Origin: Azolla caroliniana
Taxonomy: Eukaryota; Plantae; Polypodiophyta
DNA length: 64,000 bases
NCBI GenBank assembly: GCA_043228905.1
Contig: JBHGNT010000008.1
Coordinates: forward strand, 11,470,001-11,534,000
Reading direction: 5' to 3'
The notes below the pieces were generated by a model. That model saw only the letters and a list, made by a program, of their open reading frames with translations. It searched no databases and was not told where the DNA came from. The translations under genes were made by a program, and so were the position numbers. Shown here piece by piece: positions 24,701-37,852 of the stretch. Position 1 is the first letter of the stretch; each line of letters begins with the position of its first letter.

Positions 24701-26564
24701 GGTTTGCCGGTTGAAGAAGAGCCTCTACGGGTTGAAGCAGGCCCCCCGACAATGGTACCGGAAGTTCGACTCCTTCATGACCGATCAAGGGTACCACAAG
24801 ACGTAGGCCGATTACTGCGTGTTTGTGAAGAAGTTTGAAGGAGGCGACTTCCTGATACTCCTTCTATATGTGGACGACATGTTGATCGTTGGACGGGACC
24901 AAGCCAAAATACGGATGCTGAAGAAGGCTCTCAACCGGACCTTCTCAATGAAAGACTTTGGTCCGGCAAGACAGATGTTGGGGATGCATATCATCCGGAA
25001 CCGGCCAACGAAGCAACTGTGGCTGTCACAGGAGAAGTACATGACAAAGGTGCTTCAGCGGTTCAACATGTCAAATGTGAAACCGGTCGGATCGACACTT
25101 CCGGCAAACTGCAGGTTATCCGGTAAGCAAAGCCCGAAGACGAAAGCAGAGAAGGTGGATATGATGAAGGTTCCATATGCCTCTGCTTTCGGGAGCTTAA
25201 TGTACGCAATGGTGTGTACTCGACCATATATTGGATATGCAGTCGGAGTGGTGAGCCGGTTTATGAGCAATCCCGGCAAGGAGCACTGGAACGCGGTCAA
25301 ATGGATACTCCGGTACTTGAAGGGCACTTCGAACATGTGTCTCCGATTCAGCTCTGGTAAACCTCAACTTGACTGTTTTACCGATTCGGACATGTCGGCT
25401 GATGTGGATACCAGCCGGTCTACATCGGGTATGTAATGACATATGCAGGGGGAGCTGTTTCATGGCAGTCAAGGCTGCAGAAGACGGTTGCGCTGTCAAC
25501 CACGGAAGCGGAGTACATGGCGGTTGTGGAAGCCGGCAAGGAAATATTATGGATGAAGGACTTCATCGGAGAGCTCGGTATCCAGCAAGATGAATACCGG
25601 CTCTACTGCGACAGTCAAAGTGTCATCCACCTTACTAAGAATGCGGCCTACCATTCCCAGACAAAGCATATCCAGCGAAGGTATCACTGGATCCGGGAAA
25701 GAGTAGATGACCAGGAGTTTGCGTTGACGAAGATCCACACGGCCAAGAACGGGTCAGATATGCTGACCAAAGTACTAACACCTGACAAGTTGGATGCATG
25801 TTGGAAGCGGGTCGGACTGGTAAGACACCCCATGCCGGAGTGAAGGGGGAGTTTGTTAGGAAACAGGTCCCTCCGGATGATGAAGTCCCGGTGAGAACCG
25901 GATGAGGAGTACCCGACTACGGATGACCCGGTGAGAACCGGATGAGGAGTACCCGGCTACGGATGACCCGGTGAGACCTGGATGATGAAGACCCAGTTAG
26001 AACCGGATGAGGAGTACCCGACTACGGATGACCCGGTGAGAACCGGATGATGAGTACCCGGCAAGCGCCGGATGATGCAAGCCCGGTGAGGAGTGCTCAC
26101 CGGATGAAGAGACATATTCGTAAATATGTTTCTGAGAGTCCATCGTGGCTATATTTGTAAATAGCCGAAAAGTCATTTTAGTATAAATATGACTTAGGCC
26201 AAATTGTTGTTTAGGTCTGTGATGTTGTTGTTATTGTTGGTGCAAGATTAGAGAGCGCAACTGTGTACAGAGAGAGTGAGAGAGAGGAAGAGGTCGTTGC
26301 CTCTATTGTAACCGCCACCTGTGGCGAAGATAGAAAGCTCGAGGTCGTTGCCTCGGTGCTTTACCATTTTGTACATTCTGACATAGTGATAGTTTGCAGT
26401 CTGTGGGCTGCCGTGGTTTTCCCCGTATTTGGGTTTTCCACGTAAACATCCTGTGTACTCTTCTCCTCACTGTGTCGTGCCTTCTTTCCCCATTTTTTTG
26501 TGTTTTATGATTCTAAGCTCGGTTGTGGCCGACCGTTGTTCATCGGGAGCGTGTGTTCCTGTCG
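21752..26564 (+). mobile_element. Copia C inserted in copia B gag
   Basis: 711-bp LTRs 21752-22462 and 25854-26564 (3' end mutated to CG), TSD CTTCG, PBS TGGTATCAGAGC at 22466, PPT gaagggggag. Confidence 0.95.
22492..25843 (+). pseudogene. Copia C gag-pol, protease region deleted
   Basis: gag (LLGSLPDSWE, CFYCSKPRHFQKNC) joins directly to integrase at ~23260. RT LLYVDDML and RH STTEAEY are present, with several stops. Confidence 0.92.
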
Positions 26565-27462
26565 CTTCGAGGTATAGTCAGTCAGCCACCGACAAATCGT
26601 GTTGTCGTAGGTTGCTCAACTCCTATCAGAGCTGAAGCTTCCTGGTTGTGGTGCTCGCGGCGAAGATCTTCTTCAGATTTTCCCACGCACCCTTCAGCGT
26701 TTTTGCATCCCGAACGTAGCTTAATAGTTGTTCTCCCACACAAGACGTGAAACAGTACAACACTTTGCTCGCCGATTGTTCCCACGCTGGGAATTCTTTG
26801 TGTGTCGATTCGGGTGCCGCGTCATTCGCTCCTTCGACATAACTCCAGTAACCGTGCCCAAGCAGGTACTGGTGCATCTTGTAGAACCAAGATTCGTAGT
26901 TGGTTCTGTCGAGCTTCTCCGTTGGAAGCGAGCTAGCCATTCCTTTGTCCATCGGTTTTCTTGTTCTTCTTCGTTGGTTTTTCCTTCAAGCACAGTCAAC
27001 TGCAAAGGTTTTCAACCCTCCCGCTCTGATACCATGAAAAGAATGGCGTGCGGAAGCAATATAGGAAACCGAACAACAGAAAACGCAGGTTTAATGGAAA
27101 GCTTAGGTTTGCACAGTACGCACGGGAGAGACAGAGAGAGAGAGTAAAAACCAGAAGTATATTCAAAATAATACTCAATCTATACATCGTGTGTGTTCAA
27201 TGAACAATTTTATACAAGTCCTTTTCGGACTGACAGAAGTACTACCAGTACTTCAATGCTCATTAAGGAGCCCCTACACTAACTCCCAAATATATTCCTT
27301 GCAGAATATCTTTCTGATGGCCTCACGGTTTCTGCACCGATCCGGCCTTCCTACGCACCGGTCTACGTACCGGTACCGATCCGGCCTAACCGATCAGTCC
27401 CAACCGATCCGGTCCTCAACTTGCTCAGCCGATCCGGCCTATGTTGAGCTTGTCTGTCAACA

Positions 27463-27808
27463 ATTATCCACAATGGAGGCTGAGTATATTGCTGCCATAG
27501 AAGCTAGTAAGGAATTGTTATTGGTAAAGAAATTCCTACAAGAGTTGGGGCTAACCCAAGAACGGTACATTTTGTATTGTGATAGCCAAAGTGTTATCCA
27601 CTTAAGCAAGAATTCTTCCTTTCACTCTAAGTCAAAGCACATTGATGTTAGATACCATTGGATTAGAGATGTGCTTGAAGAAAAGAAAATGCACATTGAG
27701 AAGATACATACCAATGAGAATGGTTCTGACATGATGACTAAAAGTTTGTCAAGGAAGCAGCTTGAAGTTTGCAAACAAAAGGCAAACTTGGTTGAGCCCC
27801 CCACTTGA
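27463..27808 (+). pseudogene. Copia A RNase H, resumed after copia B
   Basis: LSTMEAEY...YCDSQS...SKHIDVRYHWIR...SDMMTK. Confidence 0.92.
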
Positions 27809-27918
27809 TACAGAGGGGAAGAATTGTTGGGGCTTGTCCACTCAAGTGGAGCCCACAACATTGAGTCGGCTAAATGCCGAATAGGTTTAAGGCAAGTTAT
27901 AATTAGTTGTATTTACAT

Positions 27919-27955
<37 letters not shown>

Positions 27956-28968
27956 TGTATGTATGTATGCCTTTTTCTTTTTTGTATGTTTTTTTTGGGT
28001 GTGTGTCTTCTTGTGTGTTTGTGTGTGAACATAGATATAAACATTGGACTACAAGAAGACAAAAGCTGAAAAATAGAAAAAGAAGAAAATGAGAGACAGT
28101 GTGACCTGATTTCAGAGAGAAAAACATAGAGCGAAAAAACAGATTTTTTGAGAGAAAACAGAGAGTGAAAAACAGAGCGCGTTACAAAGAAAAGTTGCAC
28201 ATGAGTGAACAGAACTAAGGCTGGAAAAACAGAGATTCGAGAAGAAGAGGTGTGTGAGAAAAACACAACAAAGCTTCTGCAAGAAAACAGAAACAAGTGT
28301 GAGATCTCGAGAACAAGGTGATTAAGAGCGTGAACTCATTGCAAGTGTAAAGACGGAGATCTAGCGAGGTTCTATCTGGACTACCCAAAAGAGTCACAAC
28401 AACTCTTCTGTCCACTTGTAACAGGTTTGTTTATTCTGTGTTTTTGGTTATTTTTCTGTTGTTTATCCTATCTGGTAGGGTGAATATTGTATCCAAGGCG
28501 CTAGTCTTGAAATATATGCGCATATCTCTAGAGTAAGCTTTGGAGGCTGTCAACACCTTGTATACTCAGAAAATAGTGAATTTGTTTCAGAACCTAAGGT
28601 TCCCGTGGTTTTTCCCAAATTTGGGTTTTCCACGTTAAATCTCAGTGTACTCTCTCTCATTTCATCTTGTGGTTTCATCTATTGTTTATCAAGTGTGAAT
28701 TGTGTTTGAAAGTTTAAATTATACTGATTCTGCTCCATATTCCCAACAGTATCTATGTAGTCTATGTTGCTATTGCTGTTAATCTCAAATGTTGTATATA
28801 ATGAAACTAAGAAGAAATTTGTTAGTACCAATGCAAGATTAATATAATATTGACAATGATGTTAACCATAGTATTAGGCGACTTATTTCTATTGATTCTA
28901 TTACTGAAATGTTGACTACTATAAACTTTGTGAATTACAAACTTAGTGACAACAAGAGTTGCTTTGGA

Positions 28969-29105
28969 GAGGCAAATGAGCTTATCCGAAAGGTTTGTCA
29001 CTTAGAGAGAGATGATGAACTCCATGCTAAGAATTTAGTAGAGGCAAACGAGCTTACCTAAAGGGTTTATCACTCGGAGCGAGATGATAAACTCCATGGT
29101 AAGAG
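28969..29105. repeat. Degenerate ~72-bp direct duplication
   Basis: gaggcaaa(t/c)gagctta...gagatgat(g/a)aactccatg(c/g)taaga occurs twice. Confidence 0.75.
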
Positions 29106-29924
29106 TCACCTCGCACTATTTAGTAGAAGAATGAGTCAAACTTTGCACCAACAAATAAGATCCATCTAGTGAAGATGGAGAAGACATCCCATGGGGTTTT
29201 GCGATGGGCAAAATGACAAAATTTCCCTTGCTCTCTGTTCATCGTTATGCAGTATTTGTTAATATACATCTCTCAAACAAACCAAAAACTGCAGTGTTTT
29301 GCTTTCATAGGTCACGTTGTTGGAGGGGCAGGGAGAAGTGGCCTAACTGCTGTTTTTCCTGCAGAGAAAAAGATGAACAGCACAAAGAAAGCAACGCACA
29401 GGAAAAACTCACACAATATTTTTGGCTGGCACTCAAAACCCTTCATAGATATTAAATTATATACCTAGTGATAAATAATGAGAATTTCCTTTCTGGCTTT
29501 TCTCACTATGTATCATACGTTAGGTTCTCCAAAGACGTTAGTGCATTCTTTCTCTTCTTCTTCTTCATCATCTCTCTCAAAGAAGGATAATGTGTTGGTC
29601 ACATCATCCACATTTCCATTCTTTTTAACATATTTATTCTTCTTCTCATTATGATAAGACAAATACTTGGACCTTAAATCTAACAACTTGCAACACTTTA
29701 CAAAAAACCAATGAGATTGGATGAATGACTTTTTGTTCTCCATCAAACTTTTTCTTAAGATTTAAGCTATAACCGACTACCTTCCAACATGGCAGTGCAA
29801 AAGAAGACCCTCTCTTTCTCACCATGTCAACTCATACATATGAAATTTGCATCATGGTGACATTAGTCATACTGCACGCGCCATTACTTATTACTGGTAG
29901 CATATTTCAACATTAATGTGAAGA

Positions 29925-29927
<3 letters not shown>

Positions 29928-29972
<45 letters not shown>
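29928..29972. repeat. (CT)n microsatellite
   Basis: Direct reading. Other SSRs: (ATGT)n ~27928, (TACA)n ~32800, (GACA)n ~33347, (GA)n ~35677. Confidence 0.95.
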
Positions 29973-29977
<5 letters not shown>

Positions 29978-31571
29978 GGATTAAAGTACGCTTTTCCACA
30001 ACGTAGATCATACATTTAGCATTTAGTAGGAGATAAAAGCACTTTCATGAGATGGGAAGGAGATATAAGAGATGGATTTCAAAGTAGGACCGTAGGTCGA
30101 TAATGTGATGAGAGCTCATAGCAATTTGCAAGTATTGGTTAAGGCATGAAGAATGGGTAGAAATTTTAGTTCGATACTGAGTTTGATCTAAAGGTTTGTA
30201 CGTTGCATTCTAAACCTAATTCCCCTTTTGCTCCTAATCATGAAGTACTCGTGAGTATGGGAGGGCAACATCCCCTCCCTGCCCATGAAAATACGAGCTT
30301 CATATTTTATATTAGCCTTCTCAACCATTCGCGCATACACATAGATGTTGGCATGGTATTCTGGCGGAGGATAACGAGAGAGCGTATGATATGGTCCAGG
30401 CTTAGGTCATGACTCATAACATGAAGAGGGAAACTGTTAAAAAAGCGTCGTACTATGATATGGTTGCGTTATTTCCTAAACGTTGTGATTTTGTTTTGTT
30501 GGAGTAAGAAGTAAATATTAATATTAACTTTTAAGAGAAGCAAGTACAAAATTGAGAAGCTGCATGCACATCCACCCATATGTTGATAGGTGGGGTCCGG
30601 GGACATTCATTCATTTAGCATAATGACCAGACCTCTTTCCCAATATTATCTTAAGATTAATTTTCAATGAGTTGATACACACACAAGCGGGCGCGCACTC
30701 ACAGTCCAATACAGACCTCCATAACAACAAATTTGGCAGCAACCTCTGATGACCAATTGTTCCTTCAATCATGATGATGAGTAGCATCTTCCGATGCGAG
30801 CGCTAGGCTATGGTGAAATGCGAGGAAATGATTTGTCTCGGGAGTTCATTAGATAATGCATACATATCCACCCAGTTCGAAAAGCCATCATGAAAACCGT
30901 GTTTCATTCTCGGGAGAAGGAAGAGTTTGTATTAGTTATATTGTATGCCAACTTGGCAAGGTCCCTTTGTTTAATCTAAAATGCCCTTCCTAGGGTGTAT
31001 ACAAAGAATATATATATATATTGTATATATATATGTATAGCCTTTGCTTGGAAACTGACCGAACTCCTTTTTTCTCTTTTAACAAAACAACTTAGTGAGT
31101 GATGGATAGATACAAAGATAGCTTTATTGGTACGTGAAGCAATCAATTAATACATACATAGAAACCCTAGCACTCCTAAATGCTTGAGCAACTTACATCT
31201 GTGGGTCCTTATTTGGGTTGAGCCTGATGAGTAGGAAGAAAACTATAGGATAATTAGGGTGCTCTTTTTTTTGAGATTGGGAATGAGATTTTGAGAAAGA
31301 GAGAGAGAGAGAGAGAGAGAGGTTGCAATACTAAAGCAGCAGCTTGTTGTGTGGAAAATTTAAAAAGGGCCAAAAGAGTTGAAGGAAGAGGAGGATACAT
31401 TTTAATTATAAAAATATATAATATGTGTATGTATGTAGATCTTATAATCTTGGGCAAGAATGAAGGAAGATAATTCAATGAATATATACCATGATATAAT
31501 AATTAATTTGTTCAGTTTATGAGATTATTTTTTGATTGTTGCTGGGGCGGGGGGGGGGGGGGGGGGGGGGG

Positions 31572-33347
31572 CTAGGAGAGGGTGGGAAAACGCATTTGGA
31601 CAATGCTCTGGAGCTCATCCATTACTTCCCATGAATTACTCCCCCTTCTCCTCCTACTACTACTTGTACTGATTCTATGACTACTACCACCAGTTGCTTC
31701 ATCATGATCATTACCATCATCGACATCATTGTCATCATGTGAACCTCTGTCTGCTGCTACTACCACCGCCACCGATGATATTGTGGCTGTAGCTGGAATA
31801 TTGTCGGTAGTAGCTGCAGTGTTTGGAGGAGGATGTGCTGCTGCTTCAACTACATGATGTTGTTGTTGCTGCTGCATACCACAAAAATGTTTCAATTACA
31901 AGAAGCAATATAGATATATGCAAATCGATTTTACTCAAAGGCGAGACCCTACTATGTCTAGATACCACTTTTTAAGTACTATTCGTGTCCTTCACATTTC
32001 TCAACACCTAATAATGTAGGGGAAAGAAGGAAAGTTATCACTATCAGCATATATATAATATATGTATATGTATGTATTAGAGAAGGGAATCCTGCCTCCC
32101 AGATACTCAAAACTAGATGCAATATCAGCTAGTAGTTCAATAAAAATTGAAGTAATGATAATACTTCACCCACCTGGCGAAACGCATCTAATTGTTGTTG
32201 CTGCAATATGTGGGTATGGTGACGGAGCTGCTGATGACTGCTAGTACTAGAGTTTAATTTACTAGGATGATCATTTACTTGATGACTAACATCATGATGA
32301 GGAGTGCCCTGATTTTGATCTAAATGCAGGCTCATGTTACTACTATAAAGCTGAGGAGTATGGTGCGCATTGTGATTATTAGTAGTTACATTACTACTAG
32401 GAGAGCTAGCATTATTAGTAGAATGTAAGAGTGTTGCCTGCATATTGTTTGGCAACATTGGCAATGGATTTTGGCTTTGTATGTTGTTGTTATTGCTATT
32501 GTTATTACTATTATTACTCCTGTTCATTAGATTCAGGGTGCCATTGAAGGACGCCACGGCATCCAGATTAATGCTTGTGGGGCTCGAAACTGTTGAGAGC
32601 TTCATCGACAAGAACTGGGTCATCATCGTCATGTCATGATGTCATCGTAGTTGTCATCCATCCACAGAATCATATAATAATTATTAAACGTAAGCCATGC
32701 TTATTTGATGTCTTATAATATTAAATAGATTGGACTCTGGAGAAATTATTCATACGAAGCACTCAAATGCAGCATAATGCTGAACATAGAAAGTACAATA
32801 CATACATACATACATACATACATACATACATACATACGTTATAAAAGAAAGAAAAGGAAGGTTGCATCGATCCCAGCACCTCACACAAAAGGAAAGTAAT
32901 CCAGCAATTTTGTTGATGGATCATGGATGTAATGTAAGTTTATATACAGTAGAGTAGTTAATGGGCAACAAAAGAAGATGGTGGCATCTGGAGATGTAGA
33001 CTACTAAAAGAAATCAATCTTGTGAGGTGGTAGTAGTAGTAGTACATATGTACATAGTTGCTCTGTAACTATTACAAAATCTCGCTCACTAGTGGTAAGT
33101 TAGTAACTACTAAAAGAAAGAAGTCACTAGTAGTAAGTTAGTAACTACTAAAAGAAAGAAGAGAGAGGAGGTTACAAAAGCCTTCCCTCTCTGTCATGTC
33201 ATGTACATAATGTCATATCATGGATGGATGGATCAAGAGCGTATATTTTCTATAACCTTAAAAAAGAAAACTTGGAGGTAAATGCCAATTAAAGCGTGCC
33301 CAACTCTCCTAGTTTTTACATTATTAGAATAATAATGCATCAACTGC

Positions 33348-33378
<31 letters not shown>

Positions 33379-35629
33379 GACATCAGTATAGTCGGTGACC
33401 CAAATCATTAAACTTCTGGATTTTAGACTCAGCAAAGCTGATTAATGACTTAATGATGAAAGCCAGAGCTGCAGCTTTCTTGCAATCTTAAAAGAACTCT
33501 AAACAATAATAATACCTCGACTTGTCTTTGTAAGGATTGCACATAGTTGATGATCTCATCCAGCATCACGGCTTTTCCTGTTACCTGCATCGTCATGGTT
33601 ATACCAAATTTAGTTAGACCCAACAACCTGAGGGCTCGGCTCGTTCAATCCTCAGAATGGGGATCCATGGGGCAGGCAGTGTTCATAAAATCACCTTGTT
33701 GCATCCGGGGACTAGATCTTGTAGGAACTTCATTCGTTCACTGATCTTCTCTCGACGGACCTGCCGTAAGAGTTATTGTAAGACATGATTTGTTTTAAAA
33801 CTCAGCCTCCTCCACCGAATGAATTATTACTATTACTATTTCAGTATTATTTGGGTTCTAATTATCCTGCTGGAAAGATAATTCCGAATTAGATCGAATT
33901 AGATCATGTAGAGACTGGTTAAACGTTATAATTAAGGAATACTAGATCTGTTTAATAGCTTCAGCTGAGCCTACCTACTAAGTAGAAAATGTTAGCGTCA
34001 AGAAACCAGAAATGCAAATGCCCTTCATATGGATTCAAAATTGATTCCACCAAAGCCACGTCTATCGGATATGCATATATATATATATATATATGCTAAG
34101 CTCAACACTATATGTACATATATATATTATAGACTCTCTCTCTCTCTCTCTCTCTCTTTCACTGTGTGTTGATGTCTTTATAAAAACGTCGTACGTACCC
34201 TTTCAGCAAGGCTATGGCTATCTGTTGCTTGGCCGCGTCGTGCTCGAACATGTATGTATTCTTGTTTGGGAGGGGGATCAGACAAGTGACTGGCTGGCTT
34301 GGGCTTCGGGTGCGGATCAGGGTCACCGCTGGCTACCAGCACCACCACGCTGCTGCCTTGATTTAATTCGGGTGCTTCCTCGGGATGGCTACTTATTTTC
34401 ACCTCGGAATTTGGCGCTGTACCAGAAGCAGAGTTAGCCGCTGTGCTATTTGTGGCGTAAGACCCTTCGCATTGATCCTCCTCTACCTCTAGTCCAATAC
34501 CAGCTACTAATCTTTCTTCCGCAGCTTCATCATCTTTTAATGAACGCTGGCATACTTTCTCTTCAATTAATGATATCTTCTCTGGAGGCATAATTAGAGC
34601 AGACGATCCATGAAGGCCCCTAGTATCCCCAGGACGTGGGCGTGGACTAGAACCGGTTAATTGCAGATCGTCAATGTTCATATCAGTTGCACAAGATTTA
34701 GAGGGTTTACTAATAATGTTATTATGGCTCATCAACTGTTTACTCAGTACTGGAACACCTGGTGATCCACTGGCGGAACTGTTAGATTTCCTCTTCTTGC
34801 AGGTAGAATTGAGTGTTAATGGAGGACCTGCACTAATGGATGATCTACCAGAGTTTGTTATGAATGTCGCCTCATGATTAGGATTCTCGTTAAAGATGGT
34901 ATGATCCAAATTGGAATGAGCATTCGCTGTATCGGGGGTAGGAGCAGTGCCTTGAGTATTTCGTTTACTGTCACAATTGAGAGGATTAAGAAGCATCGCA
35001 CTGAGTAGATCCGACTGATGAGAAATAGCAAGCTTGCCAGTGTTAGCCAAGAGAGGATTAAGAAGCTCGTTGTAATTAAGGCCACTATTTAATCCAAAAG
35101 CTATTTGTCCTCGGCGAGCATTACTGTTAAATGTGGGAGAGCTAGGGACTGATCTAGAGAGATATAAACGATGAGGGAAATTAGGGTTGGGGCTAAGGCT
35201 AGGGCTCGGGTTAGGGTTAGGGGTAGGGGTAGAGCTAGGATTAAACATAGGACTAGGACTAGGGGCTGGGCTAAGGTTAGGGCTAGTGTTAAAATTAGGG
35301 AAACCTAATCCACCATGGCCAAAGCTCGAGAATCGTGCTGCTCGGTCAGCGAAGCCGGGATCCGAAGGAAAAGTCACATTATGAAACAGAGTTGGAGCAG
35401 AGTTCACACTCAAGCTTCCATTAAAGCTGCCCAGGTTGTCTATATTGTTGTTACTCACGTGGATTAAAGGCTGATTATATTTTCTGAGATCATGAGGAGA
35501 AGAGCAAGCTGAAGAGGAGGCGGAGTTAGTGTTATTATGACTATTATTAATGATGTGGAAATGGAAAGCTTCTTCTTCCCAATCTGTGGGAGCTGCTGCA
35601 GCCGTAGTAGGAATAATAGTCCCATCCAT
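31572..35629 (-). CDS. bHLH transcription factor of the CIB/BEE-like subfamily, 5 exons, ~768 aa: join(35629-34199, 33760-33695, 33584-33516, 32614-32174, 31871-31572)
   Basis: EYIHVRARRGQATDSHSLAER|VRREKISERMKFLQDLVPGCNK|VTGKAVMLDEIINYVQSLQRQVE|FLSMKL, with GT-AG phase-0 introns at the conserved bHLH positions. Family motifs DPGFADRAARFS (N-terminal) and WE..DELQSIVQM.F (C-terminal) are present. Confidence 0.93.
33085..33160. repeat. ~39-bp tandem duplication in bHLH intron 3
   Basis: tcactagt(g/a)gtaagttagtaactactaaaagaaagaag occurs twice. Confidence 0.85.
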
Positions 35630-35676
35630 GAGTGTGTTGATATGAGAGCCACGGGGTTACAGACTGACTACTCTCT

Positions 35677-35710
<34 letters not shown>

Positions 35711-35966
35711 GGGAGGGAGTTGGAGGGGGCTGAGGGGAAGGTGAAGGGGAAGACTCAAGAGGAAGAAGAAACAATCAGATCAGGGGTTCAACCCTAAAGT
35801 TAGCAAGCAAGCGACTACATACATTACATACCATACATACATACTATGTATACATACCATACATACATACTCTGACAGAACAAAAGGAACCTCTCTCTCT
35901 CTAAAAGAAAGGCATAATATTTTTTATTTGGTTGTCTATCGAAACTTGGAAGGCAGCAGGAACACC

Positions 35967-36395
35967 CGGTTCGGTTCGAGAGTGTCAAAACTGAACCGTT
36001 TAAAAGTTTGAAACTTCAACCGAATTGAATTGAATCGAACCTAACCAAACCATGAAATTGTTAAACTGAACTGTTTATATTTTCAAACCGTTAAACTATT
36101 AAACCATTAAATTCGTGATTTCGTGGTTCAGTTTCGGTCAAATTCAAATTTTAAAGATTTTCTTAAGATGCAAGAATAAGGCTTGAAAATGAAAATATTA
36201 TTTTAAAAATAATTTTTTAAATTTTTTTTTAATTTTTAAAATAAAATTAAAAAAAACCGTTTAAACTACGGTTTCTAAATGTTGAAACCGAACCAAACCA
36301 TTTTTTTAAACCTAAACTTGAATCAAACCGTTTAAACCATTAAGCCGCGGTTTTGCGGTTTGGTTGGGTTCAAACTGAACCATTGCCAACTATTA
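35967..36395. mobile_element. Non-autonomous hAT-like DNA transposon/MITE remnant upstream of the bHLH gene
   Basis: Dense (A)AACCG/CGGTT subterminal-type motifs around an AT-rich core; 3' end AACTGAACCATTGCCAACTATTA; possible 8-bp TSD ggaacacc/gcaacacc. Left TIR not seen. Confidence 0.55.
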
Positions 36396-37685
36396 GCAAC
36401 ACCCACGCACTTATACATACATATGTATGTATGTATATATGTATGTACATGCATGCATTTCATTAACTCGTTGGTTTAACCAAGAAGGAGGAGGAAAGAG
36501 ATGGATGCTTTGCCATTCTCTTTCCTTCTTTTTGCTACTTCTGGGGCAATCCATATCTTGATTTCCAAGCCCTCCTATACATATTATATATACTCTCTAT
36601 GTCTCCGTCTACTTTTGGTTAGAGTCCCACCTAAATCTTTGACCCTCCACCTTGAGCCCTTGGCCTACCAATGTTCCCACTCTTGACAATACAAGAGGTT
36701 GTGGCACATGAAGCAAGATTTCACCATAGGACAACTCTATGGCTCTCTCATCTACACAAATAAATCGGTGGGTGCCTCATAAGTGACACTTGGTCGACCA
36801 CTTTGAGGTAATGGACAACAAGAAGAATTGGCTTTAAGCACGACTAGTCTTGACATGGTTAGCATAAACTGCAACTTTATGCCATTTCAATGGCCCTCTC
36901 TTGTCCGCATGGAAACATTTTGTTCCCCTTCAGTTTGCCCTTGGATACTGCCCTCCATTCACTCAATCCAGCCAAGCCTTCCTTAATCCATCCTTTGTGA
37001 ACCTAGAGAAAATTACGATTAATTGATATATACTACTAACATTCCCAGTCAAACCTAAGTTTTAGAGCCATACATTCCACATGGACCACTAATGTGCTTC
37101 GAAGGACCAAATCCTACCCTGATGTTGCTCATCCCTCAGTGTACTAGTTTTTGCTCTCCTGATATTAAATATTGTTTGCCTACTATAGGGGGGTTTATCC
37201 CCACATTGCAAACCCTTCAATATATTGAACTCCAACAATCCTTACATTGCCAAGATATTACTTCTTACATTGTCTTGCTATACATACTTCCTTTGAAAAT
37301 GAGCTCCATTCATGTTTCCTTCTGGAGCATGCAAAGATTGTTGAAAATTCCATGAAATGCTAAGTTCAAAATGTTCTTTTGCTTGCCTAAGTTGGTCATA
37401 CATAAGTATGAGCTGGTTATTAATTTTATGTCAACGGATTCTTAAATGTTATTACTTTCCGCTACATTACAATTTTGCAATTTAGTTACTAGAATAGGTG
37501 CTTTATTTGTTTGTAATGTCATTTTCCCTAACCCTCACATTTGATGATAATACCTTTTTAGACATTTTGGTTTTCTTATTGATTGTTATCGCTGCCCCAT
37601 TTGTAGTACACATGAATATGTTATGGACTTGGTTTAATTGAAGATAATTCGTCCTTAAATTGACCTTACATATGAATAATATCTA

Positions 37686-37852
37686 TGCATAAATCGATCA
37701 AACTAAAGGTGTGTGCAAACTCTACGCTTCTCAATCACACTATAATAACATCAATATGATTATGTGATCACATGCATCAATCAAATCGAAGGTGTATGCA
37801 AGCTCTAGGCTTCTCAATCACGTTATAATAATATCAACATGCTAATGTGATC
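37686..37852. repeat. Degenerate ~85-bp direct duplication
   Basis: tgcat..atcaaa...aaggtgt.tgcaa.ctcta.gcttctcaatcac..tataata..atcaa.atg..a.tgtgatca occurs twice. Confidence 0.75.

Larger units (their letters stand above)
8803..27462 (-). mobile_element. Copia B (minus strand) inserted in copia A RNase H
   Basis: TSD ATTAT (8798-8802 / 27463-27467). 5' LTR 27035-27462; 3' LTR 8803-9177 (duplicate at 8029-8403). tRNA-iMet PBS at 27023-27034, PPT 9178-9188. Remnants of gag (WYCGKKGHWESEC), PR (WYVDSGASNHM), IN (LRSDGGKEY) and RH (HARTKHIEVHYYF). Confidence 0.93.
6780..28748 (+). mobile_element. Copia A: internally deleted Ty1/copia element hosting nested insertions
   Basis: 41-bp 5' LTR remnant (6780-6820) identical to the start of the 3' LTR (27825-28748, TG..CA). 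PPT cagaggggaaga precedes 27825. TSD gaatc/gtatc (1 mismatch). Confidence 0.9.

Noticed and set aside
35180-35300. Interstitial telomere-like TTAGGG repeats
   Set aside because: They are the antisense of Pro-Asn/Pro-Ser codons in the bHLH exon.
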